Of a stretch of 64,000 nucleotides of DNA, positions 1 through 9,826 are shown in pieces (within the stretch, counting starts at the first letter, position 1; each line of letters starts with the position of its first letter). The position numbers were made by a program, and so were the translations under genes. Source of the stretch: an uncultured candidate division Zixibacteria bacterium. GTDB lineage: Bacteria > Zixibacteria > MSB-5A5 > UBA10806. The stretch lies in assembly GCA_963801605.1 (NCBI GenBank), contig CAWDFP010000006.1:1152001-1216000 (forward strand). Reading direction: 5' to 3'. Below the pieces are notes generated by a model. The model ran no database searches. It saw only the letters and a program-made list of their open reading frames with translations, and had not been told where the DNA came from.

Positions 1-132
1 GTTCAAATCAAACCGGGTTACAACGGAATCCAGTGGAATGCCAATGATTTTAATTCTCCCATTTCATCGGGCACATATTTTTACCATTTCGATGGAATTA
101 CCGCATCCGAACGCATGATTCTTCTAAAGTGA
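1..132 (+). CDS. 3' end of a secreted protein with T9SS/Por-type C-terminal sorting domain (partial)
   Basis: Frame 1 reads VQIKPGYNGIQWNANDFNSPISSGTYFYHFDGITASERMILLK*, the same W...SGxYFY...MxLLK ending as the other CTD proteins in the window; not in the ORF track. Confidence 0.8.
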   Translation, partial: VQIKPGYNGIQWNANDFNSPISSGTYFYHFDGITASERMILLK

Positions 133-145
133 ATTCAAAAATACC

Positions 146-172
146 TTGACATATCGTTTTTAGCGGTATAAT
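146..172 (+). promoter_or_regulatory. Possible sigma70 promoter upstream of the lipoate ligase gene
   Basis: TTGACA (146-151) and TATAAT (167-172), but the spacer is only 15 bp; a second TATAAT lies at 181-186. Confidence 0.4.
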
Positions 173-362
173 CTTTTGCGTATAATGGAGATCGTCTGAT
201 AAGTTTAGGCGTTCCAACCTGCTTAAGCGATTTTTACTTTGGCGTTTTTTGGCGAGAATGCGTCAAGCAGGGAATCATCAGTTTTATAGTTGAAAATAGT
301 CTTTGTGTTGAAGCCAAAGCGACCAAGAACGGTTGCTTTTAAGTATTAGGTGAAAGAGTACT

Positions 363-1142
363 TTGACAAGCAAATATTTTTTTAGATTCGCGTTTACCTC
401 CGGCTGGTCAGGGATTATGAATATGGAGGCCGATCGCTTTTTTGGAGATGTGGAACCGCCTGATCTTCCGTTGGTGCGATTGTACACCTGGGATATTCCG
501 ACAATTAGCCTGGGCTGTAACCAGAACCCAGCTAAAAGATTGGATTTGGCATTGTGCAAACGGCGCGGTATCCCGGTGGTGCAGCGTCCCACGGGCGGAC
601 GAGAGCTTTTGCATGGCCATGATCTTTGCTATTGTGTGGCCATACCTCATCAGATCGGGATGACCGCAGTTGAAGCCAAACAGATTTTTTCATCCATAAC
701 GGATGTATTAAATATGGCTCTGGCTCAAATGGGTATCGCCGCGGAAGGCGGAAATCTTAACGGACGGCCCAGTGCGATGCGGGGACCATGTTTTGTTCAA
801 ACAGACGCTGGTGAATTGTCAGTAAAGGGCAGGAAACTGGTAGCATCAGCCCAGAGGGTTTTCGACAGGTGTGTCATTCAGGAAGGCTCGATTCCGCTGG
901 AAAAGCCGTCAGTTGACCTGACTGAATTTCTTTGCGTGGAAAATAGGGAGATGCTAAAAAAAGCGATGGATGCTAACACCGCTTTCCTTTTCGATCACTT
1001 AAAGCAGCCTGTTCCGATCGATGCGGTCGTGGAACAAATAAAACAAGCATTTATTAGGCATTATGGCGGCCCGGCGCAAGCATCTGATCAGCTTCTCGAT
1101 CATTTTCTGCGGAATAATAAGAAATCGTTATGGTATTATTGA
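363..1142 (+). CDS. Lipoate-protein ligase A / LipM-like octanoyltransferase
   Basis: NMEAD, LYTW...ISLG, RPTGGRELLH, CF...GELSVKGRKLVASAQR motifs of the BPL/LplA/LipB family; TTG start uncertain. Confidence 0.85.
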   Translation: MTSKYFFRFAFTSGWSGIMNMEADRFFGDVEPPDLPLVRLYTWDIPTISLGCNQNPAKRLDLALCKRRGIPVVQRPTGGRELLHGHDLCYCVAIPHQIGMTAVEAKQIFSSITDVLNMALAQMGIAAEGGNLNGRPSAMRGPCFVQTDAGELSVKGRKLVASAQRVFDRCVIQEGSIPLEKPSVDLTEFLCVENREMLKKAMDANTAFLFDHLKQPVPIDAVVEQIKQAFIRHYGGPAQASDQLLDHFLRNNKKSLWYY

Positions 1143-1228
1143 TGATAGATATATATAATGCGGGGGAGGTGATACCGGAAGTTTTCATTTGTTTTTACTT
1201 AAATTAACCTCGAAACACTTAAGGAGAA

Positions 1229-3002
1229 ATGCAGATGACAAGAAAGTTGTTGGTTTTAGCAATCGTTGGTTTACTGCTTGTTTTAGTTGGTTCGGCTTTT
1301 GCTGTAAATATGGTAAAGACGAAAACCATGCCTATACAGCAGAACTTTACCGGTGATGAGCAAGTGCCGGTAGGGCCTTATTACCCATCGATGCCCGGCG
1401 TTATTTGTCAATCGCCTGGAGATACAATGGGTATGACCCAATATGATTATCAAACCAATGGTTCAACTGGCCGCAGGGTGGTTCTTGATTCCCAGGGTGG
1501 CCTTCATTTTGATTGGATGTGCGGTGACCCCTATCCGTCGATCAGGAATGTGAAATATAATTGCTTTACGCCTACCTCGCCGTCGCAGTGGCCCGGTGAA
1601 GGTACCACTATTTCCTATCGCAATGGAGCCGGCTATACAACAATCGGCGTTACTACCGATGGCCGTGCGGCTTGCGCTTTCCATCAGGCCCCAACCAACG
1701 CTGAATCCCTTTTTGTGGCAGTTGACCAGTTCCAGTGCCTGGGCGCTATGGATATGCGTCATCCGCCAAATCGGCAGGGTACCAACAAGTACGTATGGCC
1801 GTATGTCACAGTCGACCGTAACGATAGAATCCACGTTGTGGCCACAGCCAATTTCGCCACTGGCGCCCAGCCCTTTGGTTACACTCGTTCCAATAACGGC
1901 GGTACCACCTGGGTTGCTCCCGCCATTGTCGATACTCTAAGAACAATTTCCCCCGTTGTAGTTTCCAGTAAAGTATCGGATAAGGTAGCCATTGTTTACA
2001 CTCATCCTGCCGATACCACTCAGGCCAGAAATAACGTTTACTATGTTCAATCCACCGATGGTATTACCTGGAATAGCTTTATCCCGAAGGTTAATGTTAC
2101 CAATTACGGCCGCAACCGTGATACCACCTGGGCTTATACCGAAGTTTCCGCTCTGTACGATTTCAATGATAACTTGCATATCATCTGGAACGCCAATTTG
2201 GTATCGGGTGCATTGAACAGCTCTCCATCCATGTATTACGGCAATTCCCATATTTATCATTGGGATGCCACCTCCAATTCGATTAGCTACTTCGCAGATT
2301 TTGATTCCACCTGGCCCCAATCCGGATGCGATATGAGCAACTGGAATTTCACATACTGCAAGTTCTCCGTCGCTACCGATTCGCTCAACCGCTTGTATGT
2401 TGCCTACACCAGTTGGGATACATCAGATTGTTCGCTGGCCGGTTATGCCAATGGCGATATTTATCTCCAATCCTCTCCGGATAATGGCAGAACCTGGACT
2501 CCCAAAATCAATTTGACCAATTCGCAAACTCCTCAGTGTGCGGCCGGTGATTGCGATTCGGATAACTGGTCATCATTAGCTGAAAATACTTCTGGCGGAA
2601 ACACCCTGCACCTGTTCTACGTGAATGACAAGGATGCCGGTGGAATTCCTCAAACGGAGGGCGGCATCACCGATAATCCGATGCTTCACTACGCTTTTGA
2701 GGGTCCTATTGGCTGTAGGCGAGGATATTCAGCAGCCCAAGAGTTTCTCGCTTTCGCAGAACTATCCGAACCCCTTTAACGCCCGGACCAACATCGATTT
2801 TGAGCTGGCCAAGCCAGCTTTCGTCGATCTAACCGTTTATGATATCACCGGTGCCAAAGTGGCTAATCTGCTTAGCCAAAATATGAACGCTGGCCAGCAC
2901 CAGATCAACTGGGATGCCAGCCGCGTTGCCAGCGGGGTATATTATTACACTTTAAGAGCTAACGGCTCCGAAGTGACCAAGAAAATGACTCTGCTGAAGT
3001 AG
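1229..3002 (+). CDS. Secreted Asp-box (BNR) beta-propeller protein with T9SS CTD; one +1 frameshift near 2710
   Basis: Signal peptide; Asp-boxes RSNNGGTTW, QSTDGITW, SSPDNGRTW; CTD (FSLSQNYPNPFN...KKMTLLK) lies in ORF 2625-3002; the span is 1774 nt = 3n+1. Confidence 0.8.
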
Positions 3003-3060
3003 AAAAATTCGATTCTTGCCGAAGGCCAATTATGGGGTTTCGGCAGGAAACCGAATAATC

Positions 3061-3100
3061 AAAAAGAGGCAAGTTTGCAAAGCTTGCCTCTTTTCTTTTT
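3061..3100 (+). terminator. Intrinsic terminator (possibly bidirectional)
   Basis: aaaagaggcaag...cttgcctctttt followed by a T-run. Confidence 0.75.
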
Positions 3101-3558
3101 ATAAATTTCCATGAATACCGCTACTTATTGAACCTTTAATAAGTTTCGCCGCGATTTATGCAATTTCGATGCCTCTGTGCATGACAAAATTAATATACAA
3201 ATTCATTGACGGGTGATTCGGTAAGGTTTATATTTTGGGGTAATTTGTACAGGCGTAATGCGGGCAGCGCTCATTAATATATTTCAGTTGTAAAGCTTTT
3301 ATCCTATCGGCGTAAGCCCGAGTCCTTAGAGTTGAGAAAAAACAAATAAAGGTTAGGGGAAAAGTAAATAATACTGGCCATAAAATACTGCTTAATAAAA
3401 TAATTTCGATACGAGGTGTTATTTAGCACAAATGCAGGCAGGATGAAGCAGAAAACCGTTTTATTTAAAGCTTAATCAATTTCCGAATCTGTTAATTCGA
3501 ATTGTAATTTGGTAAATTTTATATCGTAACCCGGAACACTTTTACAGGAGGAATTAAG

Positions 3559-5332
3559 ATGTCACGAAAGATTTTGGTTTTGACAGTCGCCTCGATGCTG
3601 TTGATATTGGCCGGTCTGGCTTTTGCCACCGAAATGGTAAAAACCAAAGCCATGCCCGCAAATCCAGTATCTATTACCGGGGATGAGCCTGTAATCGGCG
3701 CAAAGTACTATCCATCAACCCCCGGGCTGATCTGCGAGTCACCAGGGGAAATAATGGGTTATACTCAATATGACTTCCAGACTAACGGTTCTACCGGACG
3801 CAGGGTTGTAGTGGATTCCCAGGGAGGATTGCATTTTGATTGGATGTGCGGCGACCCCTATCCGTCGATAAGGAATATTAAATATAATTGCTTTACGCCG
3901 ACGACTCCGTCGCAGTGGCCGGAGGAAGGCACAACCATTTCTTATCGCAACGGCGCGGGCTACGCCACGATCGACGCCACTTCCGATGGTCGAGCCGTTT
4001 GCGCCTTTCATCAAGCCCCTACCAATGCCGAATCTTTGTTTGTCGCAGTTGACCAGTTTCAATGCCTGGGCGCCATGGATATGCGTCACCCCGGAAATAG
4101 AATTGGGATATTCAGGTTGCTTTGGCCCTATATCACGGTGGATCGCAGCAACCGGGTTCACCTTGTAGCCACTACCAATACAAACAGTCAGACATATACC
4201 TATAAGCCAATGGGCTATACCAGATCCAATGACGGCGGATCCACCTGGGTAGCCATAGCCACCTTCGATACTTCAAGGACTATCTCGTCGATTGTGGTTT
4301 CCAGTAAGGTTTCTGATAAGGTGGCCATAGTCTATACTCATCCAACCGATACTACGGGGGGCAGAAACAACGTTTACTATATCCAATCAGCGGATGGTAT
4401 CACCTGGAATAATTTCTCTCCCAAGGTGAATATAACCAATTATCACCGCAACAACGATTCGCTGTATGCCTACACTGAAGTTAGCGCTCTCTATGATTTT
4501 AACGACAATTTGCATATCGTTTGGAACGGCATATATGTACAGGGAGCGCCAAACACAACTCCATATTTTTATTATGGCCGTTCCCATCTGTATCATTGGG
4601 ACGCCACCTCTAATTCAATTAGCTACTTTGCCGATTTTGATTCAACCTGGCCTCAATCCGGATGCGACATGGGCGGCTGGAACTTCACTTTGTGCAAATT
4701 CTCTGTTGCGACCGACCAGGCCAACAACCTGTTCGTAACTTATACCAGTTGGGATACATCCGATTGCTCGCTGGCCGGCTATGCCAACGGCGATATCTAC
4801 CTTCAAAGCTCTCGCGATAATGGCGCGACCTGGGCCCCCAGACTCAATATAACCAATTCGCAAACGCCCCAATGCGCGGCGGGCGACTGCGATTCGGACA
4901 ACTGGTCAACGTTGGCGGAGAATGTCACCAATAATACCTTGCATCTATTTTATGTCAACGATAAGGATGCTGGTGGTATTCCTATGACTGAAGGGTCCGC
5001 AACTGATAATCCCATGCGGTATTTAGCTATTGCTGTCGATGCGGTTGATGACGGGGTTCAGCAGCCAACGAGATTTCTCGCTTTCGCAAAATTATCCAAA
5101 TCCATTCAATGGCCGGACAAATATCGATTTTGAATTGGTTAAACCCTCCTTTGTTGATTTATCAGTATATGATATCACCGGCGCCAGGGTCGCCACGCTG
5201 CTTAACGGCAATATGGAATCGGGCAGCCATCAGGTTAATTGGGATGCCAGCAATGTTGCCAGCGGTGTATATTACTATACACTCAAAGCAAATGGCTCAG
5301 AAGTTACCAAAAAAATGACTCTTCTTAAGTAA
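3559..5332 (+). CDS. Paralogue of 1229-3002: secreted Asp-box propeller protein with T9SS CTD; one +1 frameshift near 5068
   Basis: Long identical peptide tracts with the first copy (DSQGGLHFDWMCGDPYPSIRN, SWDTSDCSLAGYANGDIYLQSS); CTD in ORF 5030-5332; RBS aggagg; span 3n+1. Confidence 0.8.
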
Positions 5333-5364
5333 TTACAGAACTCAAGCAGAACTAATGGCTTGAT

Positions 5365-5392
5365 AGGGGCGGACAAGTTATGTTCGCCCCTT
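5365..5392 (+). terminator. Stem-loop after the second paralogue (weak terminator or stabiliser)
   Basis: aggggcggaca/tgttcgcccct stem with only a short U-tract. Confidence 0.5.
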
Positions 5393-5504
5393 GGCATTTG
5401 TAGGAAAATAAAATAACGGTAATTATCACGGGAATTTTATACCGGCTTGAATTGTAATATTGATGACTAACCGGCCGCTTTACTGGGAGAAAAGAGTATT
5501 GAAG

Positions 5505-6108
5505 GTGAAAATCTACCGAACGAGCATAATGATATTATTGATTCTATTCATCGCGCTCCTATTATTATTTTCCTGTGCTTCATCAAAATTGAAGAAAATA
5601 GACGGTATAGGTCCTATACGCGAGAGATATAGGAATTATTGCTGCCCGAGCCGTCGAATCCGATGATTCATCGAATATGGCCAAAATAGCACAAGATTCG
5701 TCTGGCCGCGGTAGCGTATCGGGAGCTGTAACAGATGAAAATGGGGAGGCCATTCCCGGGGTTCATATATATCTGGAAGGAACATCGATAAAAACGGCGT
5801 GTGATATTAATGGGTCATTCCGCCTGGCTCATGTCCCGGTTGGCAATTACTTCATTATCGCTGGATGCGTCGGATATAGATTAAACCGAAGAGGCCCCTT
5901 AACTATCTTAGCGAATATTGAAGATTCTGTTAAAATTCTGCTAAAATCATTTTCGGTGAAACCATTGGCTGTGCTCGAAGAGCCATGGGGTTTTATCAAC
6001 AAATATGACACATCAAACAAATGGGAACTCGATTCCCGGCAGATCGAGGCTTTACCTGGAGAAACTATCCACGATATACTCAAAGCTTGCCCCGGACTCA
6101 GCCGTTAA
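5505..6108 (+). CDS. Small lipoprotein with carboxypeptidase-regulatory-like domain and partial TonB plug-like tail; +1 frameshift near 5621
   Basis: Hydrophobic signal with LFSC lipobox in ORF 5460-5666; GSVSGAVTDENGEAIPGVHIYLEGT...PVGNY in ORF 5677-6108, whose frame is open from 5611. Confidence 0.6.
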
Positions 6109-6344
6109 GGGAAGGAGTTTTATGCAGAATTGGCTTGACTTTACACAAGAAAAAAAACAAATTCGGGGAATAAAAATGTGGACCGCCTGTAATAGAGGTG
6201 GTCGGGACTCGGTACGCGTTTGAGGGTGATGGAAAACTTGAACCGCAGTTGTCTCCCGAATTTTAGCTACGCTTTCTAAAAGATAAGGATTTTTAATATT
6301 TTGATTTTTCCCCTGCGAAGCATGACCAAGAAGGAGGTTAAGGA

Positions 6345-9300
6345 ATGAGGTTCAGAAAGATTAAGATTTTGCCATTGTTAATGGTTTTTCTGATAACCTT
6401 GGTGACGGCTTCCAGCGTGCTGGCCGGCACAGTCGGTAAGATCTCTGGTGTTGTAACCGACGAGAAAGGTGAGCCGATTCCAGGCGTCTCGGTGAAGATC
6501 GAGGGTACCTCGATTGGCGCCGCCGCCGGAATCGACGGATCTTACGTGATTCTAAATGTGCCGCCAGGCACCTACAACGTTTCCGCCCAGACTGTGGGAT
6601 ACAACAAGACCACGGCACAGGGCGTTGTGGTGCAAGCTGACGTAACCACCGCGCAAGATTTTAAGCTGGTATCCAACGCCATTAAGGCTGAGGATATCTT
6701 AGTCATCGTACCCAAAAAGACGATCGACAAGTACATCACGACCACCGAATACACTAAGTCCGGAGACCAGATTAAGACGATGCCCGTGACAAATCTCGGG
6801 CAGTTGCTTAAGAGCACTCCCGGTTTTGTTAAAGAAGGCGGTCTGTTGCACTCCCGTGGCGGCCGCGCCGGCGAAATTTCGTATATCGTCGATGGTATCG
6901 AAGTAAAGGATCCATTGGGTGGTTATGGCGCCGCGCAAAGGCAGGCAGTCGATATCCCAGCCAGCGAGGTGGATCAGCTTTCGGTGCTTAAAGGAAATTT
7001 CGATGCTGAATACGGTGGTGTAAGCTCGGCTATTATCAACGTGGTTGGTAAGGGTGGAGACACCAGGGTAACATCAGGACGAATTGAATATCTAACCGAC
7101 GATTTCGGAATCGCCAGCCTGAACAAATACTCATTCAATTCCGACCGTCTCGAATGGAACTTATCCGGCCCGATTCCCGGTCTCAAAGATCAGCTTTTCC
7201 CAGCTCTCGGTCTGAAGTGGCCGGGCGAGAATATGGCATATTTCCTGAGCTTCTCGGGCGACAAATCGAATAATTATGTCGATTACAATAACTATTCCTC
7301 GCCCAATTCCAAGATTGATTATGGCTACGAGAAATTTTTGGGAATTAAAATCCCCAACAGGAGATCAAACGCGTATTCGGCCAATGCCAAGTTAACCTGG
7401 CAAATGGATGCCAACGGCAAGTACAAATTGTCGACCAATTACCGCAAACTCTGGCAGAACTTTACAGGATTCAGCTGGCAGTTCTTATATACGCCTCAAA
7501 CGGCTCCTACTATTTCCGAATCCAAGGAAATTTATGGCGCAACATTCACCTTCTCACCAAGTTTCCTGAAAAATACATTCGGCGAACTTAAAGTAAATCG
7601 ATTCAAACAGCGCTACGAACAAAGGCCCGGAACCCGTACGCCAGGTGATTTTCTGAACTCCGAAAATTATGAATCGTACGTGGATCTTAATCATAACGGA
7701 AAATGGGATGCCGCTGAATCTTATGTTGATACCAATCATGATGGATTCTTTGGCGAACCGTTTGACGATTACAACGGTAACGGAGTTTGGGACGCGGGTG
7801 AACCATTCACCGACCTTAATGCTAACGGAAGATATGACGCCGATATCGGCGAACCCTACTCTGATCTCAATGGCAATGGAAAATGGGATCGCGTCGAGCA
7901 GATCAATAATGATCACTACTTCTACGATCAGAACAACAATGGCGTATTTGACGCCGGCGATTCTTCTTACCTGGTAGATGGCCGAGGCAATGGGGTTTAT
8001 GATACCCAATTGCGCGATGTCATTAATATAGATCAGCCCGAACCTTATACCGACGGCGATAAGAGCTCGGGAGAGCCATTTATAGACGTCGATTTGGATG
8101 GCGTTTTCACCGGCCCTCCAAACAATCCAACCGGGCAGGACATTTTCCTGGGCGCCTGGGATCTCAACAACAATGGACGTCATGATGGTCCGAGTGATCC
8201 CTGGAGTCAGGGAATTCCGTACGTAGACCTCAATAACAATGGGCGCTACGATGCTCCCAACGGGCGTTACGATTACGGTGAACCTTTTGTTGATCAAAAC
8301 GGCAACGGTGTTTATGATGCCGCTGATGGTTTCTGGGACTACGGATATGATCAGTGGGCTCTTTGGCAGATGACCCAAACCACTACCAATACCTTCAGCT
8401 TAAACCTGACCAGTCAGGTCTCCAAGCAGCACGAGATTAAATCGGGTATCGAATATAAGGATATGAATCTGGATATGAACGAATTACAGTATCCTGATCA
8501 GACTTATGACGGCTCCGCTGATGGAGGATCGTGGCCCGATCGCGGTATTTTTAGAGACTTCTATACCCGCACTCCGAAACAGGGTTCGTTCTATATCAGG
8601 GATAAAATGGAATATGGCGAAATGATCGCCGATCTGGGTTTCCGTTACGAATTTTATCTGCAGGCGAACGAAGTGCAGGATTCAGTTTATTCCTCGGAAA
8701 ATTACCAGGGAAAAGCTATTTACGATTCCCGAAACAAATTCTCGCCGAGGGTATCATTCTCATTCCCGGTCGCAGAGAAGGCCAAGCTATACTTTAACTA
8801 CGGGCATTTCTATCAATTGCCCGATTTGAGCAACTTTTTCAAGAGACCGACTCAGGCTTCGAATGCCGCGGGGATCATCGGCAACCCCAATCTCGATTTC
8901 CAGAAAACAATCTCTTATGAGTTGGGTGTTCAGTATTCAATCTCTCATGGTTACGTTCTCGATCTTTCCGGCTTCTATAAAGACTACTACGGACTCTTAA
9001 ACTCGATCCGGCAGGTCTACGGCCCAATAACCACCGACGTTTACGGCAACGTTGACTATGCCAGAACTCGCGGTTTGGAGATGCAGCTCGAGAAACGCTA
9101 TGGAAACTTCCTGGCAGGCTCATTAAACTATCAATATACCTGGGCATTCGGCAAGAACTCTTCGTCACAAGCCGACTATTATGCCCGCTTCTATCGTCAG
9201 GAGATTCCGATCCAGGAGAGGCCTCTTGATTGGGATATCAGACACCAGTTAACGGTCAATGCCGATATCAGGGCAGCCAAGAAGGTTCATCCGAGATTTG

Positions 9301-9692
9301 GTATCTTTACTTTACCGGATGACTGGTCGCTCAATTTCATCTGGCAGTTCAAAACCGGGAAACCGTTTACTCCAGATGTCAAGTATCCGGGTCTGGTACT
9401 CATTGGAAGAGAGAAACCTTTAGCCAATTCCAAGAGGATGTCGAATTACTCCACAGTGGATGTTAGATTCGATAAGAATTTCCAGGCGTGGAAACTCAAC
9501 TATACCTTTACGGTCAACGTCCTGAACCTGTTTGATACCAAAAATATCAATGATGTATACACCACCACAGGTCTGGCTTACAGCAATGTAAACGAAAATG
9601 GCCAGATTCTTACCGGACTTACCAGGGACGCCAATCCAGCCAATTACGATTCCGGCCGTCAAATTCAGTTCGGCATGAGCTTGAATTTCTAA
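6345..9692 (+). CDS. TonB-dependent outer-membrane receptor with inserted Asp/Asn-rich Ca-binding-like repeats
   Basis: Signal peptide, CarboxypepD_reg-like N-domain, plug (SRGGRAGEISYIVDG, GNFDAEYG), barrel motifs (FSPRVSFSFP, GNPNL, VLNLFD), C-terminal F; RBS aggagg. Confidence 0.9.
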   Translation: MRFRKIKILPLLMVFLITLVTASSVLAGTVGKISGVVTDEKGEPIPGVSVKIEGTSIGAAAGIDGSYVILNVPPGTYNVSAQTVGYNKTTAQGVVVQADVTTAQDFKLVSNAIKAEDILVIVPKKTIDKYITTTEYTKSGDQIKTMPVTNLGQLLKSTPGFVKEGGLLHSRGGRAGEISYIVDGIEVKDPLGGYGAAQRQAVDIPASEVDQLSVLKGNFDAEYGGVSSAIINVVGKGGDTRVTSGRIEYLTDDFGIASLNKYSFNSDRLEWNLSGPIPGLKDQLFPALGLKWPGENMAYFLSFSGDKSNNYVDYNNYSSPNSKIDYGYEKFLGIKIPNRRSNAYSANAKLTWQMDANGKYKLSTNYRKLWQNFTGFSWQFLYTPQTAPTISESKEIYGATFTFSPSFLKNTFGELKVNRFKQRYEQRPGTRTPGDFLNSENYESYVDLNHNGKWDAAESYVDTNHDGFFGEPFDDYNGNGVWDAGEPFTDLNANGRYDADIGEPYSDLNGNGKWDRVEQINNDHYFYDQNNNGVFDAGDSSYLVDGRGNGVYDTQLRDVINIDQPEPYTDGDKSSGEPFIDVDLDGVFTGPPNNPTGQDIFLGAWDLNNNGRHDGPSDPWSQGIPYVDLNNNGRYDAPNGRYDYGEPFVDQNGNGVYDAADGFWDYGYDQWALWQMTQTTTNTFSLNLTSQVSKQHEIKSGIEYKDMNLDMNELQYPDQTYDGSADGGSWPDRGIFRDFYTRTPKQGSFYIRDKMEYGEMIADLGFRYEFYLQANEVQDSVYSSENYQGKAIYDSRNKFSPRVSFSFPVAEKAKLYFNYGHFYQLPDLSNFFKRPTQASNAAGIIGNPNLDFQKTISYELGVQYSISHGYVLDLSGFYKDYYGLLNSIRQVYGPITTDVYGNVDYARTRGLEMQLEKRYGNFLAGSLNYQYTWAFGKNSSSQADYYARFYRQEIPIQERPLDWDIRHQLTVNADIRAAKKVHPRFGIFTLPDDWSLNFIWQFKTGKPFTPDVKYPGLVLIGREKPLANSKRMSNYSTVDVRFDKNFQAWKLNYTFTVNVLNLFDTKNINDVYTTTGLAYSNVNENGQILTGLTRDANPANYDSGRQIQFGMSLNF
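7671..8345 (+). repeat. About 12 degenerate coding repeats E(P/S)(F/Y)xDxNxNGx(W/Y/F)D inside the TBDR
   Basis: ESYVDLNHNGKWD, EPFDDYNGNGVWD, EPFTDLNANGRYD, EPYSDLNGNGKWD, IPYVDLNNNGRYD, EPFVDQNGNGVYD and others. Confidence 0.85.
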
Positions 9693-9826
9693 GGCGCGTA
9701 AAGTGATAGTGAAGGTTGAGATGAATAATATGACAATAATAGAAATGTTCGACGCCTCGTTGAGCAGAGACTTATCTATCACGTTGCTCCTTTACGGGGA
9801 GTTACGAAAGAAAGAGAGGTAAGAAC

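Noticed and set aside
187..240. Possible riboswitch upstream of the lipoate ligase gene
   Set aside because: Only a weak hairpin, with no match to glycine, fluoride or other consensus that I can recognise.
3158..3174. Minus-strand sigma54-like AGGCATCGAAATTGCAT
   Set aside because: The spacing is correct but it points at a terminator and antisense to a gene, with no downstream ORF; likely chance.
2625..5332. Programmed frameshifting that toggles the CTD on the two paralogues
   Set aside because: The breaks are at non-homologous positions with no slippery site, and the same +1 lesion type hits lpdA and rsmE; sequencing error is simpler.
7671..8345. CRISPR-like or DGR-like DNA repeats
   Set aside because: The repeats are conserved at protein level only, with no identical DNA repeats, no spacers and no cas or reverse transcriptase gene in the window.
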